Shown: positions 45,820 through 55,462, counted from the stretch's first letter. The stretch: 64,000 bases of DNA from Flavobacteriales bacterium (GCA_025210805.1 JAOAQX010000007.1:180695-244694), one strand, 5' to 3'. Made by a program: numbers and translations. Notes: generated by a model from the letters alone, not told the origin.

Positions 45820-45994
45820 AGAAAAGGAATTATCAGATTTTAGTAAAAAAATTGTTAAAGGATTTGACATGTCTTATATAAAAATGTTAAAGTATAAAAT
45901 TTATAAAAATAGTCCAGTCGTAATCTCTAGAAACGGCCGTATTATTGAAGAAGATCCTAGGAAGCTTCTAAAAGAAGTACAAACTAAAAAATAG
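45809..45994 (+). CDS. small hypothetical protein translationally coupled to the ATPase (possible antitoxin-like partner)
   Basis: 61 aa from ATG 45809 (MMNKEKELSDFSKKIVKG...), overlapping the ATPase stop codon. Alternative in-frame starts lie at 45770 (TTG) and 45779 (ATG). Its stop codon falls inside the second copy of the 71-bp direct repeat. Confidence 0.4.
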   Translation: MMNKEKELSDFSKKIVKGFDMSYIKMLKYKIYKNSPVVISRNGRIIEEDPRKLLKEVQTKK

Positions 45995-46051
45995 CGGAAA
46001 AGACGGTTCAAATGTCCATAGATTGGCTTGGAATAATCTTTTGAAGGGGAA
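45981..46051 (+). repeat. 71-bp direct repeat, copy 2
   Basis: It matches 45151-45221 at 70 of 71 positions, offset by 830 bp. Confidence 0.95.
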
Positions 46052-46283
46052 TAAATAATAGTAAAGTGAATATTATCTAGGCAGCATTCTCAACAAATGA
46101 AAAATAATTAATATTTCAAATTTACTTGACTGTAAACAGAGAGATACTTTTTTTAGGGGTCTATATATTTGTTTTTGATGTGTTTAGAGGGATTTGTAAG
46201 TTGAGCTAAATTTAAAAGGAAAATCAGTAAGAGAAAAGAAATTGTAAAAAAGTGATACGCACAAACTTCTAATTCTATTTCTG

Positions 46284-46291
46284 TACTTTTG
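46284..46291 (+). promoter_or_regulatory. candidate Bacteroidota -7 promoter box (TAnnTTTG)
   Basis: TACTTTTG, 16 nt upstream of ATG 46307. Confidence 0.4.
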
Positions 46292-46306
46292 CACAAAATA
46301 GTCATC

Positions 46307-47596
46307 ATGCAATTCGACAAACTCAAAATACCTTCACGACTTCAAACTTCCTTGATAGACATGGGAATTGAAGAATTTAGCAAAAGCCAAGCAAAGATTC
46401 ACAAAAGAGTGAATAGCGGTCAGAATTCTGCCGTTCGTACACAGCTAAACTTGGACAAAAAAATTGCTTATCTCACTTCCATCTGTCGTCAATTGAGCCA
46501 TGCTCAAGGAAACGTTCCTCGTGCATTATTAGTTGTGCCAGATAGAGAGGTCGTAATTGAGCTCGGACAAATGTTTCAAGAAATCTCAGCCCACACCGAT
46601 ATTAGAACCATGCTTTTTGCTCCAAAAATGGACCAGATAGAATGGATAGAAAAAGTGGAGGAAGGTTTTGATTTTGCAATTGCAACACCGGGGAAATTAT
46701 TTGCATTGTTTCAATCAAATTTATTTAAATTCAATGATATAAAGCTTTTTGTAGTTGATGATTTAGACTATCTTTTCGACTTGAATTTACAAGGAGAACT
46801 ACAGCATTTGGTGAACGAATTGCCTTCAAAATGCCATTCGGTATATTTTTCTGAGCTCTATTTTGATAAAACAAAAGAATGGCTAGAAAACAATTATTAT
46901 TATTTAGACTATTATCATTTTGAGGAAACTTTAGAGTTGAATCACCCAATTATAGAAAGTCAATATTTCTATACAACTCCAAACAATCAAACAAAAGTGA
47001 GAATGCTCAAAAACCAAATTGAGCAACTAGATCCTTCAGAAAAAATGGTGGTTGTTTGCCGATCTAACTCTTCGGTTCTATTGGTGAATCAGTATTTGGA
47101 AAGAAACACCGTAGGGGCATTTGGATTCTTGCATCCCAATGATAAGGTGAATAAAAATGAACATGATCTTGAGCAATTTGAACATAATTTACTCAATTTA
47201 TTAATTGTTCCTTTGTCGATGCTTTCTGAGCTTCCAATGAATAAAATAGACCAGTTAGTTTGTTTTGAGTCTTTCTTGAAATGGTCTCACTTCACAGCTT
47301 TTAATAATATTCAAGACCGTCATCCAGAAAGTAAAAGCTCTTACTATGGAACAGAAGAAGAAAACCAAGCATGGGCTGAAATGCTCTCTCAGGTAGAACT
47401 TTCTATTCAACAAATAGAACTTCCAGAAGGTGTTTTGGTAGATGAAAAGAAAATGTCTATCATTGAGGACGAAAGAGAAGCAAAAGCACAACTTTTTTCT
47501 AAAGGAAATACCCAGCAAGCAGAGAGAGGAAAAAGACTTGCAGGGGTGAACAAAGGTAGAAAAGTAACTAAGTTTAAGAAAAAGAGAAAGAAGTAA
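46307..47596 (+). CDS. DEAD-box-helicase-like protein with degenerate catalytic motifs and Lys-rich tail
   Basis: The helicase-like layout is retained (Ia-like VPDREVV, Ib-like ATPGKLF, II-like VVDDLD, III-like SEL). There is no Walker A (RTQLNLDKKIAY in its place) and no motif VI. The C-terminal tail is GRKVTKFKKKRKK. The start was moved from TTG 46289 to ATG 46307. A TACTTTTG -7 box lies 16 nt upstream. Confidence 0.6.
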   Translation: MQFDKLKIPSRLQTSLIDMGIEEFSKSQAKIHKRVNSGQNSAVRTQLNLDKKIAYLTSICRQLSHAQGNVPRALLVVPDREVVIELGQMFQEISAHTDIRTMLFAPKMDQIEWIEKVEEGFDFAIATPGKLFALFQSNLFKFNDIKLFVVDDLDYLFDLNLQGELQHLVNELPSKCHSVYFSELYFDKTKEWLENNYYYLDYYHFEETLELNHPIIESQYFYTTPNNQTKVRMLKNQIEQLDPSEKMVVVCRSNSSVLLVNQYLERNTVGAFGFLHPNDKVNKNEHDLEQFEHNLLNLLIVPLSMLSELPMNKIDQLVCFESFLKWSHFTAFNNIQDRHPESKSSYYGTEEENQAWAEMLSQVELSIQQIELPEGVLVDEKKMSIIEDEREAKAQLFSKGNTQQAERGKRLAGVNKGRKVTKFKKKRKK

Positions 47597-47719
47597 TACT
47601 ACATTCTGGGTTAATTTCCCGTAGGTAAATAAGCTGACTCATTGCTGAAAATAAACCATGGGTGTGGTAAAATACGTGAGTAATTTAGCAAAGGATCGGT
47701 ATAATCATAAGTCATTCCC

Positions 47720-49519
47720 TTGAACAGAATAGAACGTCTTAAAAATAAAATAAAAGTAGTACCACAAGAGCCTGGTGTTTATCTTTTTAAGGATAAAAAC
47801 GAGAAAGTGATTTATGTGGGAAAGGCAATCAAACTCAGAAACAGGCTTCTGTCCTATTTTAGAGATAATCAGGAGGGGAAAACCAAGGTTTTAGTAAGTA
47901 GAATTCAAGATTTCGAAACTATAAAAGTAGAAACTGAGGCAGATGCACTTTTATTAGAAAACACCCTGATAAAAAAATACCAACCACGGTATAATATTCT
48001 TCTTAAAGATGGGAAAAGTTATCCATGGATTTGTATTAAAAAAGAACGATTCCCAAGGGTCTTTATGACCCGCAATGTGATCAAAGATGGATCAGAATAT
48101 TTTGGCCCCTACACCAATGTGAAATTTGTTTATGTCCTGCTGGATTTGATCCGTCAATTATTTCCACTTAGGACTTGTAAATTTGATTTATCAGAAGAAA
48201 AAATTCAAGCGGGAAAATATAAAATTTGCTTGGACTACCATATAAAAAAATGCTTAGGACCTTGCGAAGGCTTACAATCAGAAGAGGCTTACCAAGAAGA
48301 TATTAAACAAATAAGGCAAATTCTTAAAGGAAACTCGGCTTATGTTTTAGATTATCTTAAAATTCAAATGAAAAATGCTGCCTCAAATTTAGAATTTGAA
48401 ACAGCTCAATTTTGGAAAGAAAAATGGGATGCCCTTCAAGATTATTCCTCAAAATCTACTGTGGTAAGTGCGAGTATTCACAATGTGGATGTATTCACAA
48501 TTCTATCTGATGATCAAGAAGCTTATGTGAATTATTTTAAGATAATGAACGGTTCTATTATACAGTCTTTTACTAGTGAATACAAAAAGAAAGTGGATAT
48601 TTCTGATGAGGAATTACTCAAGCGTGTGGTGGTGGAGATTAGAAATAAATTTAGCTCCAAGGCAAAACAAGTACTGATTAATATTCCTGAATTTGAAATT
48701 GAAGGATTTGATGCCAGATTTTCTACTCCAAAGATTGGAGACAAGAAAAAACTGATTGATTTATCCGAAAAAAATGTGAAATATTACCGCTTAGAAAAAT
48801 GGAAACATATCCAACAGACAGATCCAGAGAAACACAGTAAAAGAATTCTTACTCAAGTTCAAAAAGATCTAAGACTTACGGAGCTTCCTACACATATTGA
48901 GTGTTTTGATAATTCAAATTTTCAAGGAGCCGAGCCAGTTGCAGCCTGTGTGGTGTTTAAAAATGCACGACCAAGCAAAAAGGATTATCGCCATTTTTTA
49001 ATCAAAACGGTGGTAGGACCCGATGATTTTGCTTCTATGACCGAAGTACTCACAAGGCGTTATTCTAGGATGCTGAAAGAAGGAGAATCACTTCCTCATC
49101 TCATTGTGGTTGATGGAGGAAAAGGTCAGTTGAGTGCTGGAGTAAAAGCCTTAGAAAATGTAGGTTTAAAAGGAAAAGTACCCATTATTGGAATTGCCAA
49201 AAGATTGGAAGAAATATTTTTCCCAGGAGATTCTTACCCCTTGTATCTGGATAAAAGGTCGGAATCGTTAAAATTAATTCAAAAAATGCGTGACGAAGCC
49301 CATCGTTTTGGGATTACTCATCATAGAGGAAGACGGATTAATAACGCTCTCAAAAGTGAGCTTGAGGAAATAAAAGGTTTGGGAAAAGTAACCATTGAAA
49401 AATTACTCAAACATTTTGGCTCGGTAAAATCGGTGATACAAGCAAAAGAAAAGGATTTAATAAATTTGGTTGGAATCCACCGTACAAAATTGATAACAGA
49501 ATGGCGAAAACAAAAGTAA
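47720..49519 (+). CDS. uvrC: excinuclease ABC subunit C
   Basis: 599 aa with a GIY-YIG N-terminus (PGVYLFKDKNEKVIYVGKA...YF), a UVR domain, an endonuclease domain and a C-terminal HhH. A TTG start is inferred because the frame opens only 3 codons upstream and has no ATG. Confidence 0.95.
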   Translation: MNRIERLKNKIKVVPQEPGVYLFKDKNEKVIYVGKAIKLRNRLLSYFRDNQEGKTKVLVSRIQDFETIKVETEADALLLENTLIKKYQPRYNILLKDGKSYPWICIKKERFPRVFMTRNVIKDGSEYFGPYTNVKFVYVLLDLIRQLFPLRTCKFDLSEEKIQAGKYKICLDYHIKKCLGPCEGLQSEEAYQEDIKQIRQILKGNSAYVLDYLKIQMKNAASNLEFETAQFWKEKWDALQDYSSKSTVVSASIHNVDVFTILSDDQEAYVNYFKIMNGSIIQSFTSEYKKKVDISDEELLKRVVVEIRNKFSSKAKQVLINIPEFEIEGFDARFSTPKIGDKKKLIDLSEKNVKYYRLEKWKHIQQTDPEKHSKRILTQVQKDLRLTELPTHIECFDNSNFQGAEPVAACVVFKNARPSKKDYRHFLIKTVVGPDDFASMTEVLTRRYSRMLKEGESLPHLIVVDGGKGQLSAGVKALENVGLKGKVPIIGIAKRLEEIFFPGDSYPLYLDKRSESLKLIQKMRDEAHRFGITHHRGRRINNALKSELEEIKGLGKVTIEKLLKHFGSVKSVIQAKEKDLINLVGIHRTKLITEWRKQK

Positions 49520-49917
49520 GACTCGATAAATGGTTATGGAGTGTTAGGATGTTTAAATCCCGCACACAAGCCACCAAAGCATGCGAAAGAGGAAAGGTGA
49601 GAATTAATAAAAGAAGCACCAAGCCTTCTTCAGATGTTGTTGTGGGAGATATGGTGACCTTTGAAAAAAATAAAATAAATTACACACTAAAAATTCTCAA
49701 AATAATTGATCAAAGAGTAGGATTTCCCGTGGCTCAAACCTGTTATGAAGACCATACTCCACAAGAAGAAAAAGACAAATTTAAGGAACAATATGTCATT
49801 CGTCATAAAGGAGAATTTCGAGATTCAGGATTGGGAAGACCTACCAAGAAAGATCGTCGAGATATTGACGATTTTAAGGATTGGGATATCGAATTTGAAG
49901 ACTATTTTGATGAGTAA
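49501..49917 (+). CDS. S4-domain RNA-binding protein (Hsp15/HslR-like)
   Basis: 138 aa. The N-terminal VRLDKWLWSVRMFKSRTQATKACERGKVRIN is a typical S4 alpha-L motif. It overlaps uvrC by 19 nt. Confidence 0.8.
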   Translation: MAKTKVRLDKWLWSVRMFKSRTQATKACERGKVRINKRSTKPSSDVVVGDMVTFEKNKINYTLKILKIIDQRVGFPVAQTCYEDHTPQEEKDKFKEQYVIRHKGEFRDSGLGRPTKKDRRDIDDFKDWDIEFEDYFDE

Positions 49918-50648
49918 TTTTCTCCAATTTTCAACCAATAGGATCCTCCATGTTTCTCTACTCCATTCAATTTTGGATTTTCCCAAAGTGGTTTTAAAAT
50001 TCCATGAAGCTCAGGGTCTTCAAAAACAAAATAATTAGGCATAATGGTTTGATACTTATCTGAGTTTGCCATTAGATACATAGCAAGTCCGTATTGTTCA
50101 TTGTAAAAACGATCGCACATAAATTGTGGGTAATCATAAGGTAAATAAATATCATGAATATGAACAATAACCCCAGGTTTTAAGTTTGGTAATATTTCTA
50201 AAAAGAATACCATACTATCTGAATTGGGCAATATTCTGTGCGAATTATCAATAAACAAAACATCTCCAGCCTCTAAGGATAATATGCTTTCATAGTCCAA
50301 ATTTTCAAAAGGTTTACGAATGACTTCATCAGCTAAATGATCTATCTCTGCTCTTGGTTGGGGGTCAATGGAAATAATTTGTGTAGCCAAATTATTCTCC
50401 GATTTAGCTTTGTAAACTACTTTCGTAGAATTTCCTGAACCCACTTCTATATACTTTTTTGGATTCAATTCAGCGATAAGAGTATATAGCATTATAATAT
50501 CCAAACCAGGTAGAAAACCATTTACCCAATTAGGATGATTATTCTCACACGCTACTTTATTTATTTTTAAAAGATTGTTTGAATGATTTACAGCTTTTTC
50601 TAACCAACTAGCATAAAGTGCTCTATCTTGGTTAATGATTGAATACAA
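49902..50648 (-). CDS. class I SAM-dependent methyltransferase (start uncertain)
   Basis: It has the SAM-binding motif YIEVGSGNSTKV and the acidic loop SIDPQP. The track start is TTG. The frame stays open 35 more codons upstream (to 50753) without any ATG. Confidence 0.68.
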   Translation of the reverse strand: MYSIINQDRALYASWLEKAVNHSNNLLKINKVACENNHPNWVNGFLPGLDIIMLYTLIAELNPKKYIEVGSGNSTKVVYKAKSENNLATQIISIDPQPRAEIDHLADEVIRKPFENLDYESILSLEAGDVLFIDNSHRILPNSDSMVFFLEILPNLKPGVIVHIHDIYLPYDYPQFMCDRFYNEQYGLAMYLMANSDKYQTIMPNYFVFEDPELHGILKPLWENPKLNGVEKHGGSYWLKIGENYSSK

Positions 50649-50950
50649 GGATTGATGAGCAGGTTTCCCATGCCCGTATCTGGGGTTGGAACTGTACAGG
50701 ATAATCCGAAAACAAATTTTGAAATTTTGGCGATATAAATCGGTAAATATTTTTCAACATTCTTTTAATGATTTTTGATGGTGAACTATTGGCATTAGGC
50801 AAAGAGAAAAATCTAATATACGAGAAATGGTTTAATATCTAATTGTTCGAGGTAAAGTCATAAGACAATTCATAAATTACATAATAGACTCAAATATAAT
50901 ATAAAAATCTAATACAACTGCCATTTTGACAATTTTCCAATAATTGTGAG

Positions 50951-50958
50951 TAACTTTG
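50951..50958 (+). promoter_or_regulatory. candidate Bacteroidota -7 promoter box (TAnnTTTG)
   Basis: TAACTTTG, 21 nt upstream of the miaB ATG at 50979. Confidence 0.4.
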
Positions 50959-50978
50959 CTTCCTAATTTTCTTTGAAA

Positions 50979-52448
50979 ATGACAGATAACAACCACGAAA
51001 ATATCCAATTAGACGAAAGTCAACAAGGACAAGCTACAGTAGTCTCAGACCAAGAGGGACACAAAAAACTCTATATCGAAAGTTATGGATGCCAAATGAA
51101 CTTTTCGGATTCCGAAATTGTGGCTTCCATTCTCAACAAAGAAGGCTATGTAACTACCCGAAATATTGAAGAAGCCGATTTGGTTTTTGTAAATACCTGC
51201 TCTATCCGTGAAAAAGCCGAGCAAACAGTAAGAAAAAGACTCAGTACTTTTCAAAAACTCAAAAAAAACAATCCAGGACTCAAAGTAGGAGTTCTTGGAT
51301 GTATGGCAGAGCGTTTAAAAGATAAATTCTTAGAAGAAGAAAAAATCGTTGACCTCGTTGTGGGTCCAGATGCTTACCGAGCATTGCCTACTCTTTTAGG
51401 TGATCTTGATGACGGAAAAAAAGCCGTGAATGTACTTTTGAGTATGGAAGAAACCTATGCCGATATATCACCTGTACGACTCAGTACAAACGGAGTTTCT
51501 GCCTTTGTATCCATCATGAGAGGATGCGATAATATGTGTTCTTTCTGTGTTGTTCCCTTCACTCGTGGACGTGAAAGAAGTAGAGATCCAGAGTCTATCT
51601 TAAAAGAAATCAGTGAGCTTTCTGAAAAAGGATTTAAAGAAGTAACTCTTTTAGGACAAAATATCGATTCTTACCTTTGGTATGGTGGAGGTCCGAAAAA
51701 GCATTTCAAAAAACTCTCTGAAATAGAAAAAGCTACCAGTACAAATTTTGGACAATTGCTCGAAAAAGCAGCCAAAACAGCTCCTAATATGCGTATTAGA
51801 TTTACCACCTCTAACCCGCAGGATATGACAGATGACGTACTAGAAGCTATGGCAAACAATCACAATATTTGTAAATTTATTCATCTACCTTTTCAGTCTG
51901 GGAACGACCGTATTCTGAAACTAATGAATAGAGGATATACCAATGCAGAATACCGTGAAAGAATTGATGCTATTCGTAAAATAGTACCAGATTGTGCCCT
52001 TTCTCATGATATTATCACAGGATTTTGTACTGAGACAGAAGAGGAACACCAAGACACGCTTAAGCTCATGGAGTATGTGAAATTTGATTTTGGATATATG
52101 TTTGCCTATTCGGAAAGACCTAATACTTTGGCTGAAAAGAAAATGGAAGACGATATTCCAAAAGAAACAAAGAAAAAGAGGTTGACAGAGATTATTGACC
52201 TGCAACAAAAACATTCTTTGGCAAATAATCAAGCAAGAATTGGAAAAGTACAGGAAGTGTTGGTAGAAGGTGTTTCAAAAAGATCAGAAGAGCATCTTTT
52301 TGGAAGAAATTCACAGAATACCGTAATTGTTTTTCCAAAAGAACAATACAAAAAAGGAGATTTTATTAACGTAAAAATCGAAGATTGCACCAGTGCTACT
52401 TTGAAAGGAACAGCAGTAGGGTTTTCAAAAATGCAAGAATTACAATAG
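50979..52448 (+). CDS. miaB: tRNA-2-methylthio-N6-dimethylallyladenosine synthase MiaB
   Basis: It has a UPF0004 domain ([17 protein letters not shown]), the radical-SAM motif [11 protein letters not shown] and a TRAM domain. ATG 50979 was chosen over TTG 50973. A TAACTTTG -7 box lies 21 nt upstream. Confidence 0.95.
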   Translation: MTDNNHENIQLDESQQGQATVVSDQEGHKKLYIESYGCQMNFSDSEIVASILNKEGYVTTRNIEEADLVFVNTCSIREKAEQTVRKRLSTFQKLKKNNPGLKVGVLGCMAERLKDKFLEEEKIVDLVVGPDAYRALPTLLGDLDDGKKAVNVLLSMEETYADISPVRLSTNGVSAFVSIMRGCDNMCSFCVVPFTRGRERSRDPESILKEISELSEKGFKEVTLLGQNIDSYLWYGGGPKKHFKKLSEIEKATSTNFGQLLEKAAKTAPNMRIRFTTSNPQDMTDDVLEAMANNHNICKFIHLPFQSGNDRILKLMNRGYTNAEYRERIDAIRKIVPDCALSHDIITGFCTETEEEHQDTLKLMEYVKFDFGYMFAYSERPNTLAEKKMEDDIPKETKKKRLTEIIDLQQKHSLANNQARIGKVQEVLVEGVSKRSEEHLFGRNSQNTVIVFPKEQYKKGDFINVKIEDCTSATLKGTAVGFSKMQELQ

Positions 52449-52461
52449 GAATAGAACAGAG

Positions 52462-53751
52462 ATGGACGAACAAAATATTAAAAATAGATTTGGAATTATT
52501 GGTTTTTCGGAAGGTCTAAACAGAGCCATCAGAAAAGCCATGCAAGTAGCACCCACCGATATCACAACACTCATTGCAGGAGAAAGTGGAACGGGTAAGG
52601 AAGCTATTCCAAAAATCATCCATCAACTTTCTTTACGAAAACATAAATCTTTTATACCCGTAAACTGTGGAGCCATCCCTGATGGAACTATAGATTCTGA
52701 GCTTTTTGGTCACGAAAAAGGAGCATTTACGGGAGCCACCGGAGCCAGAAAAGGATATTTTGAAGAAGCCGATGGAGGAACCATTTTTTTAGACGAAGTG
52801 GCAGAACTTCCCTTGGCTACCCAAGTAAGGCTTCTAAGAGTATTGGAAACAGGGGAATTCATTCGTGTAGGATCCTCTAAAATACAAAAAACGGATGTAA
52901 GAATTGTTGCAGCTTCGCATGTAAATCTTTTTGAAGCCGTACAAAAAGGAAAATTTCGTGAAGATCTATTTTATCGTTTAAATACCATGCAAATCACGCT
53001 TCCTCCTTTGAGAGAAAGAGGAAATGATATCGGTTTACTCTTTAGAAAATTTGCGAGTGATTTTGCTAGTAAATACAGAATGCCCACTGTAAGGCTTACG
53101 CCTGATGCTTTAAGTGTCTTACACCAATACAATTGGCCAGGAAATATTCGTCAGCTTAGAAATGTGGTGGAGCAACTTTCTGTTGTGCAAGAAAATAGAA
53201 TGATAGATGCACCCACTTTGCAGTCTTTTCTTCCTAATTATTCGGCTTCAAAGAATGAGTTAGTTGTTAAGAATCCAGAAGATTCTTTTTCTGAAAGAGA
53301 AATACTTTATAAAGTGCTTTTTGATATGAAAAAGGATTTGGCAGAGCTCAAAAATCTCACCGTAGATTTACTCAAAAAAGGCTATAGTCAGGATTTTGCA
53401 AATGATCATGCACAAACCATTCAGAAACTGAATGAAGAAACACATTTGGCAACGAGTAATACAGGACTTTTACAAATAGCTCAAGCACAAGAGGTAGCTC
53501 CAAGGACCGAAGAAACAACCATTGATTCTTTTAGTTATACCACAGAAGAACCTAGTTTTTCTGCAGAAAAAGAATACTTTGAAGAACCCATACAGGACGC
53601 CGAGGAAGAAAGTCTCTCTATTCAAGAAATGGAAATACGCTTGATAAAAAAAGCCCTAGAAAAGCATAAAGGAAAAAGAAGAGAAGCAGCGAAAGAATTG
53701 GACATTTCTGAACGTACTTTATACAGAAAAATAAAACAATACGACCTATGA
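52462..53751 (+). CDS. sigma-54-dependent transcriptional activator (AAA+ EBP) without N-terminal sensory domain
   Basis: Walker A GESGTGKE, the sigma-54 contact loop GAFTGA, Walker B GGTIFLDEV and a C-terminal Fis-type HTH (AAKELDISERTLYRKIKQY). The AAA+ core begins about 10 residues from the N-terminus. Confidence 0.88.
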   Translation: MDEQNIKNRFGIIGFSEGLNRAIRKAMQVAPTDITTLIAGESGTGKEAIPKIIHQLSLRKHKSFIPVNCGAIPDGTIDSELFGHEKGAFTGATGARKGYFEEADGGTIFLDEVAELPLATQVRLLRVLETGEFIRVGSSKIQKTDVRIVAASHVNLFEAVQKGKFREDLFYRLNTMQITLPPLRERGNDIGLLFRKFASDFASKYRMPTVRLTPDALSVLHQYNWPGNIRQLRNVVEQLSVVQENRMIDAPTLQSFLPNYSASKNELVVKNPEDSFSEREILYKVLFDMKKDLAELKNLTVDLLKKGYSQDFANDHAQTIQKLNEETHLATSNTGLLQIAQAQEVAPRTEETTIDSFSYTTEEPSFSAEKEYFEEPIQDAEEESLSIQEMEIRLIKKALEKHKGKRREAAKELDISERTLYRKIKQYDL

Positions 53752-54254
53752 GAAAATGGCTTCTAACCCTTCTGATCCCGTTTTTTATGGGAATCCAATC
53801 TTGTGGAGTATATTCCCTTACCGGAATTAATATAGACCCAAGTATCAAGACTTTTTTTGTGCTTCCCATAGCCAATGAAGCCCTTACGGTAAGACCTTCA
53901 TTGGGTTTTAATATCCAGCAAGGACTCATTAATCGTATTTTGAGCCAAACAAAATTGGTAGAAAAAAGACTCGATCCCGACTTACAATATAAAATAACCG
54001 TAAAAGAATATAGCTTAAGACCGATAGGGATTTCTAATGCCAATACAGCAGAAAATACCCGTTTTTCAATCAAAGTACATTGTAAATTTATCAACATTAA
54101 GCAACCAGAAAATAATGTAGATAAATTATTTCCTGCCGTTTATAGAGACTTTAGTAAAGAAACTTCTTTTCAAAGTGTAGAAGAAGAATTGTCACAACAA
54201 ATTATTACAGAAATACTTGATAATATTATCAATGAAACCTTGACAAATTGGTAA
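53748..54254 (+). CDS. lptE: LptE-like lipoprotein
   Basis: 168 aa with the lipobox FFMGIQSCGVYSL and the pattern SL.G..I......F.V.PI.NEA, as in Bacteroidota LptE, from memory. Its start codon overlaps the upstream stop codon (ATGA). Confidence 0.55.
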   Translation: MRKWLLTLLIPFFMGIQSCGVYSLTGINIDPSIKTFFVLPIANEALTVRPSLGFNIQQGLINRILSQTKLVEKRLDPDLQYKITVKEYSLRPIGISNANTAENTRFSIKVHCKFINIKQPENNVDKLFPAVYRDFSKETSFQSVEEELSQQIITEILDNIINETLTNW

Positions 54255-55010
54255 ATGAATTTCGAAAATTTCGACATATTAAACTATCTTCAAAAAGAAG
54301 AATTCACCGCTGATGAAATTCAAAACTTGGAATCTTTAACCCAAGAATTTCCTTTTTTTCAGCTGGGGAGAATGCTTTATCAAAAAAGCCTTCAAGACCA
54401 AGAGGATGCACAAAAATATGAGCGAGAACTTCGAAAAACAGTAGCCTTTGCATCCGACTCCAAAAAACTTTTTCATCAACTCACTCAAATACCAGATGCA
54501 GTTTGGATTTTGGAGAATGAAACACCTGAAAAGAAAGACCTTGAAAACAAGGAAACTCTATATTTAACATCTCATTCTTCTCTTGAAAATACTGAAAAAA
54601 CAGAGGAATTTCCAGAAAAGATTACAGAAACAGTTCAAGAGGAACTTTCGTTTTCTTATTGGTTAAAACTGGCAATAAAGGACAAAAACAAAGTCCTAAA
54701 AGAAAGTTCTGAAGAAGAAAAGCCAGAAAACAAACAAAAAGTATTTGCTATAGAAGAATTCCTTGAAAACAGAAAAGGAAATAAACCGAACAAAGAAAAA
54801 CCCAAAGGCAAGCAAAAAAACTTGGCAGAGCAAAGTATTACCGATCACGGACACTTTACTACCGAAACTTTGGCGAAAATTTACAAAAATCAGGGACTTT
54901 ATAACAAAGCAATAGAAGCTTATGAGATATTAAGTTTGAAAAATCCCGAAAAAAGTAGTTTCTTTGCAAATCAGATAGAAGAAATCAAGAAACTGAAAAA
55001 AAATAAATAA
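54255..55010 (+). CDS. hypothetical protein with acidic/Lys-rich middle and TPR-like C-terminus
   Basis: 251-aa ORF with its ATG directly after the upstream stop codon. The C-terminal [31 protein letters not shown] is TPR-like. Confidence 0.5.
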   Translation: MNFENFDILNYLQKEEFTADEIQNLESLTQEFPFFQLGRMLYQKSLQDQEDAQKYERELRKTVAFASDSKKLFHQLTQIPDAVWILENETPEKKDLENKETLYLTSHSSLENTEKTEEFPEKITETVQEELSFSYWLKLAIKDKNKVLKESSEEEKPENKQKVFAIEEFLENRKGNKPNKEKPKGKQKNLAEQSITDHGHFTTETLAKIYKNQGLYNKAIEAYEILSLKNPEKSSFFANQIEEIKKLKKNK

Positions 55011-55011
55011 T

Positions 55012-55401
55012 ATGATTGGTCTTATCGGAGCCTTATTGGTATTGGTTTGTGTTATATTGATAATCACAGTGATGGTACAAAACCCAAAAGGAGGAGGATT
55101 ATCTTCAACATTTGGTGGTGGAAACCAAATTTTGGGAGTTCAAAAAACCACTAATTTTATCGAAAAAACAACTTGGACACTTGCTGTAGTTCTTGTTGTC
55201 TTAGTATTAGCATCGCACAAGTTTATCAATGTTCAGACTAGAGCAGTTGATACACCAGAGCTTAAAAACGAATATCTTGAAGAGGTAAAAGAAACAGGAA
55301 TGCAAGCACCAGCTGCTCCTGCTGCACCAGCAAATACTGCACCAGCCACAGAAACTCCTGCAAGCACACCAGCTACAGAAGAAACACCAGCTGCTGAATA
55401 A
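55012..55401 (+). CDS. secG: preprotein translocase subunit SecG with Ala/Pro/Thr-rich C-terminal tail
   Basis: Two TM segments flank MVQNPKGGGLSSTFGGGNQILG, a characteristic SecG loop. The tail is APAAPAAPANTAPATETPASTPATEETPAAE. Confidence 0.85.
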   Translation: MIGLIGALLVLVCVILIITVMVQNPKGGGLSSTFGGGNQILGVQKTTNFIEKTTWTLAVVLVVLVLASHKFINVQTRAVDTPELKNEYLEEVKETGMQAPAAPAAPANTAPATETPASTPATEETPAAE

Positions 55402-55425
55402 GTATTTCGGTACCAAAAAAACTTA

Positions 55426-55462
55426 AAAACCTATTTTCTGGAAAGAGAATAGGTTTTTTTTG
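55426..55462 (+). terminator. rho-independent terminator after secG
   Basis: Imperfect stem AACCTATTTTCT/AGAGAATAGGTT followed by T8. Confidence 0.65.

Noticed and set aside
43120-47600. A prophage or integrative element downstream of the tRNA cluster.
   Set aside because: There is no integrase, transposase, or phage structural or replication gene. No duplicated tRNA 3' end was seen. The region contains helicase genes with normal promoters plus one small flanked cassette.
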